From an uncultured Dialister sp. (GTDB lineage Bacteria > Bacillota > Negativicutes > Veillonellales > Dialisteraceae): 55,624 bases of DNA. The stretch's first letter is position 1; each line of letters opens with the position of its first letter. Under the pieces are notes generated by a model. The model did not search any database and was not told the DNA's origin. It was given only the letters and a program-made list of their open reading frames with translations. Below, piece by piece: positions 1 through 10,579 of this stretch. The DNA is taken from NCBI GenBank assembly GCA_900545785.1, contig URAA01000001.1, positions 1-55,624 of the forward strand, read 5' to 3'. The position numbers and the translations under genes were made by a program.

Positions 1-17
1 CGACGCTCTTCCGATCT
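1..17 (+). other. Illumina adapter remnant (assembly artefact)
   Basis: CGACGCTCTTCCGATCT is the 3' end of the Illumina TruSeq read-1 primer/adapter, located at the very start of the contig. Confidence 0.93.
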
Positions 18-137
18 GGTGAAAGGATTTAAATAAAATCGCACCATCACAAAAGACCGTTTGTCTCTTTTCAAAGGCAGGACGGTCTTTTTTTATTTGC
101 TTATCGCAGTCTTGTCAAAAATAGGAAAAAATCCCTT

Positions 138-1304
138 TCATCTGAAATCATTCCATCGGCGGATCATGACCTCTGTTCCCCGTTCCAGCTCCTCTTTCGT
201 ATGGACTGCCGTCACGGACACCCGGATCCGGCTCGTCCCCTTCGGTACGGTCGGCGGACGGATGGCGGATACAAGAATGCCCTCCTCTTTACAAGCTTTT
301 GCAAAATCGACGGCTTTCCTTTCCTCTCCCATCAAGACGGGAATGATCGGCATATCCCCGTCCGAAACGGGAAGTCCTCCTTCTTTCAGACGTTTTCTTA
401 CATAAGATGTGTTATTTCTCAGTTTTCCCAGATAGTAATCGGGATTTTCCCTCATCAGCCGGAGGGATTCTCTTGCCGCCGCAGCAGTGACGGCGGAAAT
501 AGCAGTCGAAAAAATAAAGGGGCGCGACACATTTCGAAGATAATCGCAAATTTCTTTTGTTGCCGCCCCATAGCCGCCTTCGGCTCCCAATGATTTTGAA
601 AGCGTTCCTATCTGTATATCTATGCCGGAAGTATGAAAATATTCGGCACTTCCTCTTCCTGTTTCCCCGATGACACCGACGCCATGGGCATCATCGACGA
701 TCAGAAAAGCTTCCTTTTTCTTTTTGAGACGGAGCAGTTCGGGAAGTTTGCAAATATCGCCGTCCATGCTGAAAACACCGTCGGTCACGATGAAACGCTG
801 TCCCCTGCAAGGTGTTTCTTCCAATAATTTTTCCAACTCTTCTATATCGGAATGGCGGTATACGACGATTTCCGCTCTGGAAATACGGCAGCCGTCGACA
901 ATGCTTGCATGGTTCAGTTCGTCACTGAAAATCACGTCCCCTTCTCCTGCCAGTCCGTAAAGAACCCCCAAATTCGTCATATACCCCGTATTAAAAACAA
1001 GGGCATCTTCCGTATGTTTGAAGTCTGCCAAATCTTTTTCCAATAAGGACAATTCAAAAACCGCTCCCGAAGTCAGACGGGCGCCCCCCGATCCCGTTCC
1101 GAAAGGCAGTGCTTTTTCGGCGGCTTTCTGTACGGAACGTTCATGGGTCATTCCCAAATAATCGTTGGAATTGAAAACAATATATTTTTTCCCGTCTCTT
1201 CCGATTCCCGACGAAGCCGTTTCCATTCTCAGATCTTCCACGGTCCTGAAACGCCCTGCCCTTTTTATTTTTTCCAATGCTTCGGGAATTTCATTTATTT
1301 TCAT
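138..1304 (-). CDS. bioF: 8-amino-7-oxononanoate synthase
   Basis: SNDYLG, GTGSGGARL, DELNHASIVDG, DGVFSMDGD, DDAHG and GTLSK (PLP lysine) motifs; overlaps bioW. Confidence 0.95.
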   Translation of the reverse strand: MKINEIPEALEKIKRAGRFRTVEDLRMETASSGIGRDGKKYIVFNSNDYLGMTHERSVQKAAEKALPFGTGSGGARLTSGAVFELSLLEKDLADFKHTEDALVFNTGYMTNLGVLYGLAGEGDVIFSDELNHASIVDGCRISRAEIVVYRHSDIEELEKLLEETPCRGQRFIVTDGVFSMDGDICKLPELLRLKKKKEAFLIVDDAHGVGVIGETGRGSAEYFHTSGIDIQIGTLSKSLGAEGGYGAATKEICDYLRNVSRPFIFSTAISAVTAAAARESLRLMRENPDYYLGKLRNNTSYVRKRLKEGGLPVSDGDMPIIPVLMGEERKAVDFAKACKEEGILVSAIRPPTVPKGTSRIRVSVTAVHTKEELERGTEVMIRRWNDFR

Positions 1305-2058
1305 TTACAAGCCTCACCAGAACCACTTGGTTCTGCATATAATCTATATATTTTTCCACATCTGTCCCGGGTTTCACAAAAAAGATTCTTCCTCCCACGG
1401 GATCTCCCAAGTCTTTCATGACGGTAATACGTTGGTAACCGTAAGTTGCGGAGCCCACATAACCCGTCACATACTCGGGATCATCGGACCAGCAAAGTTC
1501 TGCCGCCGTCCCCGGTGCATATGCCACTTTTGATGCCAGAACAAGCGCTTCCCGTGGATGTTCACCCGAAAGTCCCCGATCTTTCATATCTCTTTCATAA
1601 CTTTCTTTATCTTCACAATCCATATTGCTGCACCGGACGCCCCGTTCCCCCTTGCCGTCGAGACGCTCCCCCGTTTCCGCATCCATGACGACGGCGCCCC
1701 GCATGCTGTCGGAAAGGCCGGTCAAGAAATCAATGCCCCGCTCGGCAGCCTTTTCGCTCACACCGGCACGGAGAAGCTCCCTTTTAGCGACGGCAAGCCC
1801 CTCTTCTTTCGCAGCTGTTTTGTTTTCACGGATGGAAAGCATGGGGCAGCAGGTGATATCTTCCGGCCGGACCGCTTCTATTTTCAGCTGAATAAAATCG
1901 GCGGAACCTCTGTCATGTTTTCGGGCACGGCGGACCATGGAAAGAACCTCTTCTTCTACAAGATTTTCCGGAATGATCCTTTCCGCTCCCGAAATATGCC
2001 GCCCTCCCTTGCCGTGAACACCGCCTTTGCTGGAACGCATCTTCAAACTGTAAAGCAA
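1291..2058 (-). CDS. bioW: 6-carboxyhexanoate--CoA ligase (pimeloyl-CoA synthetase)
   Basis: YSLKMRSS, HISGAER, MRGA, REALVLASKV and ELCWSDDPEYVTGYV motifs; probable TTG start at 2058 after a GGAGG RBS (ORF track starts at 2091). Confidence 0.93.
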   Translation of the reverse strand: MLYSLKMRSSKGGVHGKGGRHISGAERIIPENLVEEEVLSMVRRARKHDRGSADFIQLKIEAVRPEDITCCPMLSIRENKTAAKEEGLAVAKRELLRAGVSEKAAERGIDFLTGLSDSMRGAVVMDAETGERLDGKGERGVRCSNMDCEDKESYERDMKDRGLSGEHPREALVLASKVAYAPGTAAELCWSDDPEYVTGYVGSATYGYQRITVMKDLGDPVGGRIFFVKPGTDVEKYIDYMQNQVVLVRLVNENK

Positions 2059-2119
2059 TTCCTTTCCCTCCTTATGAATTGTCATGTCCATGGTTTCAGT
2101 GTATGTATCCCTTTTCTGT

Positions 2120-2151
2120 TTGTCAAGTCTTATTCCGATAAATGTTTACAA
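2120..2151. promoter_or_regulatory. BirA (biotin repressor) operator upstream of bioW-bioF
   Basis: TTGTCAAG-N16-GTTTACAA resembles the Firmicute BirA palindrome TGTtAAC-N14-16-GTTaACA; a similar site lies before bioY. Confidence 0.7.
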
Positions 2152-2203
2152 TCTTTTTTGCAAATTTAAAACACCGGCCTTTTTTTGCCGGCGTTTCTTT
2201 GAT

Positions 2204-2662
2204 TCAAGTCATTCTTTCTCTGAATTCTTTGTCTTTTCCTCTTGCTTTGCACTCTTTGCAAAATCCGTAAATTTCTATACGGTGCTCCGTCGCTTCAAAA
2301 CCGTGCTCCACATCAAGACGCTGTGCATAATCGGGCTGCAAAGACACTTCGATGGGAAGTATTTTGTGGCAGGACAGGCAGACTGCATGCTGCACATGAG
2401 CCCCGTGGGCATATTCATAACGGGTGAGCCCGTCGGAAAGCATGGTCGACCGAAGGAGAAGCCCTTTTTCCGCTAAGGCTTCACAATTCCTGTAGACCGT
2501 GGACAAACTCAGTTTTGTGTCTTTATTGCGAACCGCTTCATAGACATCCCCTGCCGTGATCGGCAAACTGTTCTCCAATACTTTCAAAATCATGACCCGT
2601 GCTTTTGTACGTTTCATATGCTTCCGCTGTAGAAGCTCTTCAAAACTATCCATCTTCCGCAC
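2204..2662 (-). CDS. Fur-family transcriptional regulator (Fur/Zur/PerR-like)
   Basis: RTKAR..IL, LSLSTVYRN wHTH, H-x-H-x-x-C-x2-C (HVQHAVCLSC) and C-terminal GFCKEC. Confidence 0.92.
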   Translation of the reverse strand: MRKMDSFEELLQRKHMKRTKARVMILKVLENSLPITAGDVYEAVRNKDTKLSLSTVYRNCEALAEKGLLLRSTMLSDGLTRYEYAHGAHVQHAVCLSCHKILPIEVSLQPDYAQRLDVEHGFEATEHRIEIYGFCKECKARGKDKEFRERMT

Positions 2663-3004
2663 TCCTTAAAGACACTGACTGCTCTCTTTCGAGAACCCCT
2701 CTCATAAATAAAATTACATAGTATCTTTTACTACTTTCAGGTAATATATAAATATTTTTGGCAGCAGCCTAGAACTTATTTATTAGCCTTTCTTTATAGC
2801 TATTTTATACGATATTTTTATTTTTGGCAACTTTTATACAATTTTACAAATATTTTACAGATTTCTTCTTCTCTTCTCCGAATCAATATATATATCATTA
2901 CGAAGAACCCAAAAATTCTGCTTTTTTATCAAAAAAATATAACCGTTTTCTAAAAAACAGAATCATGATTCTGTAAATAACGGTTTTATTTTTGATAAAA
3001 GTTT

Positions 3005-3865
3005 TCACAACCGGCTGATTTCTTCCGTCTCTGCTTCCTCTGCATACCATTCCGGCTTTTCCGATTTTATCGTATTTTTTATTTTCTCCCCTTCGTCTTT
3101 ATTTTCAGGGAGAAGGAAAAAAGCGGAACCGGAACCGGTCATCAGAAAAGGACGTTCGAAAGATTCCAGATACAGGGCTGTTTCTTTCAAAAGAGGTTCT
3201 GCTCGGAAAAGCACCCTTTCAAAATCATTGAAAAGACTTTTTGCCAGTTTTTCCCTGTTGTCCTCTTTCAAGGCAAGAATACAGTCTTCTGCCGTATTTT
3301 TTGATGATTTCGGAAATTTATCAAAGAGGGCATAGGCTTTCCCCGTCGCAATGGAAACGGGAGGACGGACAACGAGAAGGTCGAGACCGGCTCTTCCCTG
3401 CAGCTTTTCCATTTTTTCTCCGATCCCCCGGCAGCGGCAGCATCCGCCGGCCACGCAGAAAGGAACGTCCGCACCGAGGAGGGCGCCCATTTGTGCCAAA
3501 GAAGCAAGGGTAAGCCCCCTTCCCGTCAACCTGTTAAGACCCCGGAGAACGGCAGCCGCATCGGCAGAGCCGCCGCCGAGGCCCGCTTCGGAAGGAATGC
3601 GTTTTTTCAGTTCCATATGAACGCCGCCGGATATTCCCGTTTCTTTGAAAAACAATTCCGCCGCACGCCACATAAGATTTTCTTCTCCGAAAGGGGCCGT
3701 TCCTTCCGTGACGGAAAGAGAAATTGTTTCGGCGCTTTCTAAAATAACTTCATCATGCAGCGAAATCTGATGCATAATGCTGTCTATATTATGATAACCG
3801 TCCGATCTTTTTTCCCCTACGGACAAGGTTAAATTAATTTTGGCAAAGGCCTTTTCTATAACCAT
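3005..3865 (-). CDS. ispE: 4-diphosphocytidyl-2-C-methyl-D-erythritol kinase
   Basis: AKINLTL, GYHNIDS, KRIPSEAGLGGGSADAAA, LGADVPF and MTGSGSAFF motifs. Confidence 0.96.
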   Translation of the reverse strand: MVIEKAFAKINLTLSVGEKRSDGYHNIDSIMHQISLHDEVILESAETISLSVTEGTAPFGEENLMWRAAELFFKETGISGGVHMELKKRIPSEAGLGGGSADAAAVLRGLNRLTGRGLTLASLAQMGALLGADVPFCVAGGCCRCRGIGEKMEKLQGRAGLDLLVVRPPVSIATGKAYALFDKFPKSSKNTAEDCILALKEDNREKLAKSLFNDFERVLFRAEPLLKETALYLESFERPFLMTGSGSAFFLLPENKDEGEKIKNTIKSEKPEWYAEEAETEEISRL

Positions 3866-4050
3866 TCCAAACCCTCATATTTATATTTTCCATTCATTAT
3901 ATCATTCTTTTCATGCTTTCTGCGGAATTATTGATATCAAATAGTTCTATATCAAATATTTTCGTTGTAGGAAATTTAAAATTCCTGTATAATTTTTGTT
4001 ATACGAATATTTTCGATATAGAATTGATTATTTACGAAAGAAGGAATTTT

Positions 4051-4962
4051 ATGTACGGTATGTTTTTTGACGATTATGATACACCCGTTTACCGTCCCCC
4101 GAGCGAAGCGGAAAGCTTCATTCTCCGCGTCACGAGGGGCTGCGCACACAACAGATGCACCTATTGCAATATGTACCGCGGCGTTCCCTTTGAAATGCTT
4201 ACGGACGATCAGATCATGCGCCAGATCGCTATGGCATACTCCACCGATGCGGAAGGGGTACGGCGGGTATTTCTTGCTGACGGGGACGCGCTTGTTCTTC
4301 CCACGGACCGCCTTCTCAAAATCCTTGATACTTTAAAGAAGTATTTCCCCAATTTAGAAAGGGTTGCTTCCTATTCCGCCCCGGGAGACATTCTCAGAAA
4401 GACTCCGGAGGATCTGAAAGCTCTCCGCGAAGCAGGCCTCACTCTCCTCTACTACGGCATGGAAAGCGGCGATGCACAGACCCTTCGGGATATCCGGAAA
4501 GGGGTCAACGACAAGCAGTCCGTCGAAGCGGGAAAAAAGGTCATTGCCGCAGGCATGCAGCTTTCCATCATGATCATTTTGGGCATTGCAGGAAAAGAAG
4601 GATCTCTCCGCCATGCTCTTGCCACTGCAAAAGCGCTTAACGAAATCAAGCCGACCATGCTCTCCGCCCTCTCCCTCATGCTTTATCGGGGAAGCGAGCT
4701 GAAAGAACAGTTTGAAAGAGGCGAATTCCATCCCCTCACGCCGGCAGAACTGATGGAAGAATTGAAAATCATCGTGGAACATCTGGATCTTCCCGAAAGC
4801 GAGCATATGATTTTCCGGAGCAACCATGTATCCAACTATATCCGCCTTGCCGCTACTCTTCCTGCGGAAAAGAAAGAACTTTTGGAGGATATCGACTACA
4901 GCATTGCCCGTCTGAAAGAAATGAAAAACTGGGATATTTACAATCACGACTATACCAAATGA
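4051..4962 (+). CDS. Radical SAM protein of unknown function
   Basis: YRPPSEA..ILRVTRGCAHNRCTYCNMY Cys cluster, FLADGDAL, GMESG and FRSNHVSNY; ATG at 4051 after AAGGA RBS (ORF track starts at 3913). Confidence 0.88.
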   Translation: MYGMFFDDYDTPVYRPPSEAESFILRVTRGCAHNRCTYCNMYRGVPFEMLTDDQIMRQIAMAYSTDAEGVRRVFLADGDALVLPTDRLLKILDTLKKYFPNLERVASYSAPGDILRKTPEDLKALREAGLTLLYYGMESGDAQTLRDIRKGVNDKQSVEAGKKVIAAGMQLSIMIILGIAGKEGSLRHALATAKALNEIKPTMLSALSLMLYRGSELKEQFERGEFHPLTPAELMEELKIIVEHLDLPESEHMIFRSNHVSNYIRLAATLPAEKKELLEDIDYSIARLKEMKNWDIYNHDYTK

Positions 4963-4967
4963 GTAAG

Positions 4968-4996
4968 AAAGCTTCCTTTTGAAAGGGAGCTTTTTT
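4968..4996 (+). terminator. Intrinsic terminator
   Basis: AAAGCTTCC/GGGAGCTTT hairpin followed by a T run, just after the radical SAM stop. Confidence 0.7.
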
Positions 4997-5108
4997 AATA
5001 AAAAAATTTTCCTCGAAACACTCCTCTATATTCCGTGAAATTAATGATATAATGGGCAAAAGAGACTAAATTTAATTTTATCGGAATACTTTTTCCAAGG
5101 AGGACAAA

Positions 5109-6110
5109 TTGGAAAGTCTGGTCAGCCGTTGCAAAGATCCGCTTTATTTGCGGCGTGTTTTTTTTGTTTTTGCCATCACCGTCATCGGATCCTTTATTTA
5201 TGCGGTGGGCATGAATTTATTTCTGGTCCCTCACAACTTCTTAGCCGGCGGCCTTACGGGTATCGCCATGATTCTTTACTATCTTTTCGGCTTTCCCATC
5301 GGCGTCACCAACTTTGTCATGAACCTTCCCGTCCTGTTTTTCGCTTTAAAATACATGGGAAAATTTTACACGGTGGTCACCATTTTCGGCACCGTCGTTC
5401 TTTCCCTTTTCATTGACGCCACCTCCTTTATGTCCGAGTGGGTCGTCGTAAAAGATCCGCTCACTTCCGCTCTTTCCGCAGGCGTCGTCATCGGCATCGC
5501 CATGGGTATTCTCTACCGTTACAATTCAAGTACGGGAGGCCTCGACGTGGTGGGGGCAATCATCAAAAAATATTATAATCTGGAAATCGGTTATGTCGTT
5601 TTTGCCATCAATTTCATCATTATCATGGCAAGTGCTTGGATTTTCACTTTAGAACCTGCCATCTGTACTTTGATTTCCATGTATATCAATGCCACCGTTT
5701 CCTCCCGTATCGTTATCGGTTTTGCTCAGAGAAAAGCGGCTTTCATCGTCTCCGACAAACCTTTGGAAGTGTCCGATACCATTTTGAGAAATATTCATCA
5801 CGGCGCCACTCTTTTATACGGGCAGGGCGCTTTCAGCGGAAAAGACAAGAAAATCGTCTTTGCCATCGTCGATCTTCATCAGATCACGAAACTTCGCCAT
5901 TTTATCGAAAAAGTGGACCCTCACGCTTTCCTTTTCATCGTGAACACCACCGATGTCATCGGCAGAGGTTTCACAAGCCCCCTCGTCCCCAATCTTCCCG
6001 ACTCCACCCGTTATGCTTTGGATGAACACGGAAATATGGTTCCCACTCATTCATGGACATGGGAAATGGAACAGGAATCGGCAAATCATGATAAAAAATT
6101 CCGCTCTTAA
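5109..6110 (+). CDS. YitT-family membrane protein (DUF161/DUF2179)
   Basis: GGLTGIA, STGGLD, HGATLLYGQGAFSG and VDPHAF motifs; TTG start with AGGAGG RBS. Confidence 0.9.
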   Translation: MESLVSRCKDPLYLRRVFFVFAITVIGSFIYAVGMNLFLVPHNFLAGGLTGIAMILYYLFGFPIGVTNFVMNLPVLFFALKYMGKFYTVVTIFGTVVLSLFIDATSFMSEWVVVKDPLTSALSAGVVIGIAMGILYRYNSSTGGLDVVGAIIKKYYNLEIGYVVFAINFIIIMASAWIFTLEPAICTLISMYINATVSSRIVIGFAQRKAAFIVSDKPLEVSDTILRNIHHGATLLYGQGAFSGKDKKIVFAIVDLHQITKLRHFIEKVDPHAFLFIVNTTDVIGRGFTSPLVPNLPDSTRYALDEHGNMVPTHSWTWEMEQESANHDKKFRS

Positions 6111-6113
6111 AAT

Positions 6114-6146
6114 AAAAAATTCCGCTTTCCGGAGCGGAATTTTTTT
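6114..6146. terminator. Bidirectional intrinsic terminator
   Basis: A5-TTCCGCT/AGCGGAA-T7 hairpin between the convergent yitT and feo genes. Confidence 0.75.
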
Positions 6147-6152
6147 AATGCC

Positions 6153-6362
6153 TTATTTTTTAAGAGCAGCTCTTGAACAACTGCCGCGGCAGGCACAATG
6201 AGCGCAGGGGCTTCCCCCTTCTTCGGAAATTTTAGAAATATCTTCTCCGCCGCCGTGACATCCGCAGCCGGCACCTCCGAAAATTGTTTTATATACATGG
6301 GACAGCGCGAATAAAAACAGGAGCGCCACCGCAATAACGACGATCCATGAAGTGATATTCAT
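6153..6362 (-). CDS. FeoB-associated Cys-rich membrane protein
   Basis: N-terminal TM helix followed by GCGC...CAHCACRGSC; directly downstream of feoB with a GGAGG RBS. Confidence 0.85.
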   Translation of the reverse strand: MNITSWIVVIAVALLFLFALSHVYKTIFGGAGCGCHGGGEDISKISEEGGSPCAHCACRGSCSRAALKK

Positions 6363-6392
6363 AAGTCCTCCTTTTTTATTTTAAAACCCGGA

Positions 6393-8540
6393 TTATTTTT
6401 CCGTTTCCATATTTTTTAAAATTTCTATATCCTTTTCTTTCGGCATCGGCCGGAGAATGAAATACAGGGCGGCAAGGCACAAAGCAATCGATACGGCCTG
6501 TCCCATACCGAAGGGAGCTCCGTAAACGAGCCAGTTCCCCAGATTATAAGCGACCAGTGCCATAGTATAACCGAGAATCATCTGGAAAGTGATGGCAAAA
6601 ACCGCCCATTTCCTGCTTCCCATTTCACGCCAGATGGTGGATATCGCCACGATGCAGGGCGGATCAAAGAGATTTAAAATCATGTAGGAAAAAGCGGCGA
6701 TCGGTGTAAACATGCCTGCAATGCCTGCCATGACAAGCGCATCTTCCGCGCCTTCGGACACGCCGTTCAGTACAGCGAGCGTACCGATGGCGCTTTCTTT
6801 TGCCATTTCAGCAGAAATGACGGCTACCGCCCCTTTCCAGTCACCGAGGCCGAGGGGGGCAAAGATAAAGGAAATCATATGGCCGAAAGAAGCAAGAAGG
6901 GAATCTTCCACATCTTCCACCATTTCAAATCCTGCGCCGAAACTGGAGAAGAACCAGACGATGACGCAGATGACGAAAATAATGGTTCCCGCTTTGATGA
7001 TAAAAGCTCTTGCCCGTTCCCACATATGGAGCAGGGCACCTTTCAAAGAGGGAACATGGTACGCCGGCAGTTCCATAATAAACGGTGCCGGATCTCCTGC
7101 AAAGAGTCTTGTTTTCTTTAAAGCAATGCCGCCGAGGACGATCACCGCAATGGCAAGGAAATACATGGACGGCGCCATCAGGACGGAATCGGGGAAAAAG
7201 GTGGCGGTCACCATGGAAATGATGACGGCTTTCGCCGAGCAGGGAATAAAGGAGCAGAGGAGAATCGTCATCCGCCGGTCCCGTATATTTTCTATCGTCC
7301 GTGCCGACATGATGGCAGGAACGCTGCAGCCCATGCCGATGATCATGGGAATGAAAGATTTTCCCGACAGTCCGAATTTACGGAAAATGCGGTCCATGAT
7401 GAAAGCGACCCGCGCCATATAGCCGGAATCTTCCAAAAGGGACATGAAGAAGAAAATCAAAAGAATCTGGGGGACAAATCCGAGAACCGTTCCGACACCG
7501 CCGATGATACCGTCAACGACGAGACCCGACAGCCACTCCGGCGCTTCAATGCTCTCCATAAACGATGTTGCCGCATCATTTACGATTTCGCCGAAAAAGA
7601 CATCATTTGTCCAGTCGGTCATCCAGCCGCCGAGGGTGGTGACGGACACATAGTACATGAGGGTGATGATCGCAAAGAAAATAGGAAGCGCTAAAATACG
7701 GTTGGTCACGATCCGGTCGATCTTGTCGGAAATCGTTCTTTCCTTCTTTTCTTCGACTTTGACGCCTCTTTCCTCCATGATTTCGGAAATATAAGCATAT
7801 CTTTGGTTGATGATAATCGATTCCGCATCATCATCCATTTCTTTTTCCGCATCCCGTATATGGGATTCTATCTGTTCTTTTTTCTCTGCGCTAAGAGACA
7901 GAGCGGCTGCCGCGTCCGAATCTCTTTCAAAAAGTTTTATGGCATACCACCGCTGAAACCGCGGCTCCGTCCGATCGGAAATGATTTCTTCAATATGGGC
8001 GATCGCATGTTCCACGCTCCCCATAAACACGGCAGGGACATGGATTTCTTCATGACGGTTTGCCAGATCCACCGCTTTCTTTGCCGCTTCCTGACAGCCT
8101 TCTCCGAGAAGGGCGGAAATTTCCACCACTTCGCAGCCCAATTTCTCTCCCAATTTTTGAATATTGATCATCCGCCCGTTTTTTCGAAGAATATCCGTCA
8201 TGTTGACCGCCACGACCACGGGAATTCCCGTTTCCGCCAGCTGGGTGGTCAGATACAGATTTCGTTCCAGATTCGTGCCGTCGACGATGTTTAAAATAGC
8301 ATCGGGCCGTTCATTCACCAGATAATTACGTGCTACCTTCTCTTCCAAAGAATAAGGGGATAAAGAATAAATACCGGGCAAATCCTGAATGATGACTTCC
8401 TTATTTCCCTTCCATTTTCCGTCTTTCTTATCTACCGTCACCCCCGGCCAGTTCCCTACATACTGGGAGCTTCCCGTGAGTTCGTTGAACAATGTTGTTT
8501 TACCGCAGTTCGGATTTCCTGCCAATGCTATACGTATCAA
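6393..8540 (-). CDS. feoB: Ferrous iron transporter B
   Basis: GNPNCGKT, VGNWPGVTV, DLPGIYSL and NMTD GTPase motifs followed by a polytopic membrane domain. Confidence 0.97.
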   Translation of the reverse strand: MIRIALAGNPNCGKTTLFNELTGSSQYVGNWPGVTVDKKDGKWKGNKEVIIQDLPGIYSLSPYSLEEKVARNYLVNERPDAILNIVDGTNLERNLYLTTQLAETGIPVVVAVNMTDILRKNGRMINIQKLGEKLGCEVVEISALLGEGCQEAAKKAVDLANRHEEIHVPAVFMGSVEHAIAHIEEIISDRTEPRFQRWYAIKLFERDSDAAAALSLSAEKKEQIESHIRDAEKEMDDDAESIIINQRYAYISEIMEERGVKVEEKKERTISDKIDRIVTNRILALPIFFAIITLMYYVSVTTLGGWMTDWTNDVFFGEIVNDAATSFMESIEAPEWLSGLVVDGIIGGVGTVLGFVPQILLIFFFMSLLEDSGYMARVAFIMDRIFRKFGLSGKSFIPMIIGMGCSVPAIMSARTIENIRDRRMTILLCSFIPCSAKAVIISMVTATFFPDSVLMAPSMYFLAIAVIVLGGIALKKTRLFAGDPAPFIMELPAYHVPSLKGALLHMWERARAFIIKAGTIIFVICVIVWFFSSFGAGFEMVEDVEDSLLASFGHMISFIFAPLGLGDWKGAVAVISAEMAKESAIGTLAVLNGVSEGAEDALVMAGIAGMFTPIAAFSYMILNLFDPPCIVAISTIWREMGSRKWAVFAITFQMILGYTMALVAYNLGNWLVYGAPFGMGQAVSIALCLAALYFILRPMPKEKDIEILKNMETEK

Positions 8541-8557
8541 AGATCCGGCTCCTTTCC

Positions 8558-8782
8558 TTATTCTTCCACCTCAATAACGGCGGCTTCTTCTTTTCGAAGA
8601 GACAATTCATAGCCTCTTACGGTTACTTCCAGAGGGTCTCCCAAAGGGGCGACTTTCCGTACATAAACATCGGTCCCTTTTGTCATGCCCATATCCATGA
8701 TCCGTCTTCTGAGCGGTCCCGTGCCGCCGACTTTTTTGATTTTTGCCGTGCCGTCGACGGGAACTTCCTGCAATGTTTTCAT
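8558..8782 (-). CDS. feoA: Ferrous iron transport protein A
   Basis: RRRIMDMG..G, APLGDP and LSLRKEEA; ATG at 8782 after GGAGG RBS. Confidence 0.93.
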   Translation of the reverse strand: MKTLQEVPVDGTAKIKKVGGTGPLRRRIMDMGMTKGTDVYVRKVAPLGDPLEVTVRGYELSLRKEEAAVIEVEE

Positions 8783-8828
8783 CACAGCCTCCTTATGATT
8801 GAAATACAGATGCTTTTTATTCTTTCCG

Positions 8829-9050
8829 TCAAATAAAAATACGGGATGCCATAGAACTGTCCAACGCGACACGGCTTCCCTTCACCTGAATAATAAAATT
8901 ACCTGATGCTTTGCTGATAATCAATAATTCCGCACCGACAACAAATCCCAATTCGGCCAAATGCTGACGGACATCATCTTTTCCGGAGATGCCCTTGATC
9001 CTTACCCGCTCGCCTTCATGAGCTATCATTAACGGCAGCATGCCTGTCAC
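8829..9050 (-). CDS. feoA: Second FeoA-family protein
   Basis: HLAELGFVVG and VKGSRVAL SH3-like FeoA pattern; first gene of the feo operon. Confidence 0.88.
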   Translation of the reverse strand: MTGMLPLMIAHEGERVRIKGISGKDDVRQHLAELGFVVGAELLIISKASGNFIIQVKGSRVALDSSMASRIFI

Positions 9051-9064
9051 CTCCTCTTAATATC

Positions 9065-9083
9065 GTGAATGATTATCAATATC
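9065..9083. promoter_or_regulatory. Fur box upstream of the feo operon
   Basis: Minus strand GATATTGATAATCATTCAC matches 16 of 19 positions of GATAATGATAATCATTATC, immediately upstream of the feoA RBS. Confidence 0.8.
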
Positions 9084-9213
9084 ACGCACGTATTTATTAT
9101 ATTTTTCTGTATCCCTTTTGTCAATGATTCCGTATATCAAAGAAAAGTTTTATAGGCACCATTAAAAAAGCCGCAGGGTTTCCTACTCTCCTGCGACTTT
9201 TCTTAGATACTGC

Positions 9214-9696
9214 CTAATCTTTTATTTTTCGTTTATAGGTAACGAAACGATGAAGGGGCTCTCCCTCTCCTTTGACGGATTCCGTCACGTTCCATTCTTT
9301 TTCGTCGAAATCGGGAAATTTGGTATCTCCTTCATAGTCTTTTTCTATTTCCGTGATATACATCGTGTCTGCACAGGGAAGAAATTCTTTGTAAATTTTT
9401 CCGCCGCCGATGACAAAATTTTCTCCTTCCGGAAGTGCTTCCAGAAGTTCTTCCGCCTTATGAAAAACCCTGACTCCTTCGGGAACTTTGTATTCCCTGT
9501 TTCCCGTCAGTACATAATGAACCCTGCCGGGGAGAAGTTTCGGCAAACTTTCAAAAGTTTTTCGTCCCATGATCACCGGCCGTCCCATGGTGCGGTTTTT
9601 GAACATTTTCAAATCATCGGAAAGATGCCAGATCAATGTATTTTTATCTCCTATCACGCCGTTTTTCGCGCGGGCAACGATGAGGGAAAGACTCAT
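9214..9696 (-). CDS. folA: Dihydrofolate reductase
   Basis: [37 protein letters not shown] and GDTKFP. Confidence 0.96.
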   Translation of the reverse strand: MSLSLIVARAKNGVIGDKNTLIWHLSDDLKMFKNRTMGRPVIMGRKTFESLPKLLPGRVHYVLTGNREYKVPEGVRVFHKAEELLEALPEGENFVIGGGKIYKEFLPCADTMYITEIEKDYEGDTKFPDFDEKEWNVTESVKGEGEPLHRFVTYKRKIKD

Positions 9697-10487
9697 ACGG
9701 ACACCTCCATGGCGATCTTTTCGTGATATTTATAATTTTCCAAAACGATGTCTTCCGGTTTGAAATCATAAAAATTTTTAATATCCTTATTCAATTTCAA
9801 AACAGGTGCTTCATAGGCACTTTCCAAACGGGTAAGCTGTTTTTTCATGGCTTCTACATGATTTTCATAAATATGGGCATTGTTGATGACATGGGTGAAA
9901 AGTCCCGGCCGGAGCCCGCTCACTTGGGCAATCATATGTATCAGTGCGGCATACTGCGCCATATTGAAAGGCACGCCGAGGCCCATATCGCCGGAACGCT
10001 GGACGAGCATGCAGTTCAGGCGTCCCTCATCGGAGACGTCCCACATCGTCAGAAAAGCGCAAGGATAAAGAGCCATATCGGGCAGATCTCCCGCATTCCA
10101 CAGATCCACCACCATGCGGCGGCTTTGGGGATCTTTTTTCAATGTATCCAAAAGAGTATCCACCTGATGATATTTTTTCAGTTGGTAACCGTATGCTTTC
10201 CCTATCGTTCCGTCTTCTTTCATCCATTCGTCCCAGATATGACAGTTCCATTCCTGAAGAAGCCGTACATCATTGGACTGCTTCTGCCAGATCCAGAGAA
10301 TTTCTTTCACCGCCGTTTTAAATGCCACAAATTTCGTGGTCAGTATGGGAAATTCTTCCTCCAAATCAAACTGCATGATCTGATGGGGAAGCTTATAGGC
10401 AGGCATGCCCGTCCTGTTCTGTCCCACCGCACCTTTGTCCAGAATATTTTTTATGATGGTAAGATATTGTGTATCTGCGCAGCTCAT
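9693..10487 (-). CDS. thyA: Thymidylate synthase
   Basis: [31 protein letters not shown] and HIYENH; 4-nt overlap with folA. Confidence 0.97.
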   Translation of the reverse strand: MSCADTQYLTIIKNILDKGAVGQNRTGMPAYKLPHQIMQFDLEEEFPILTTKFVAFKTAVKEILWIWQKQSNDVRLLQEWNCHIWDEWMKEDGTIGKAYGYQLKKYHQVDTLLDTLKKDPQSRRMVVDLWNAGDLPDMALYPCAFLTMWDVSDEGRLNCMLVQRSGDMGLGVPFNMAQYAALIHMIAQVSGLRPGLFTHVINNAHIYENHVEAMKKQLTRLESAYEAPVLKLNKDIKNFYDFKPEDIVLENYKYHEKIAMEVSV

Positions 10488-10579
10488 GATGTCCTCCGAT
10501 TAAAATTTTTCTTTATTATATCATTTTTGATGCAATATCATCTTTTCCGTTTCTCTTTCTCGGAACCGGTTCACAAAAT

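Noticed and set aside
2938..2990. Long inverted repeat containing the palindrome ACAGAATCATGATTCTGT
   Set aside because: Lies just after the ispE stop and is adequately explained as a terminator; single copy
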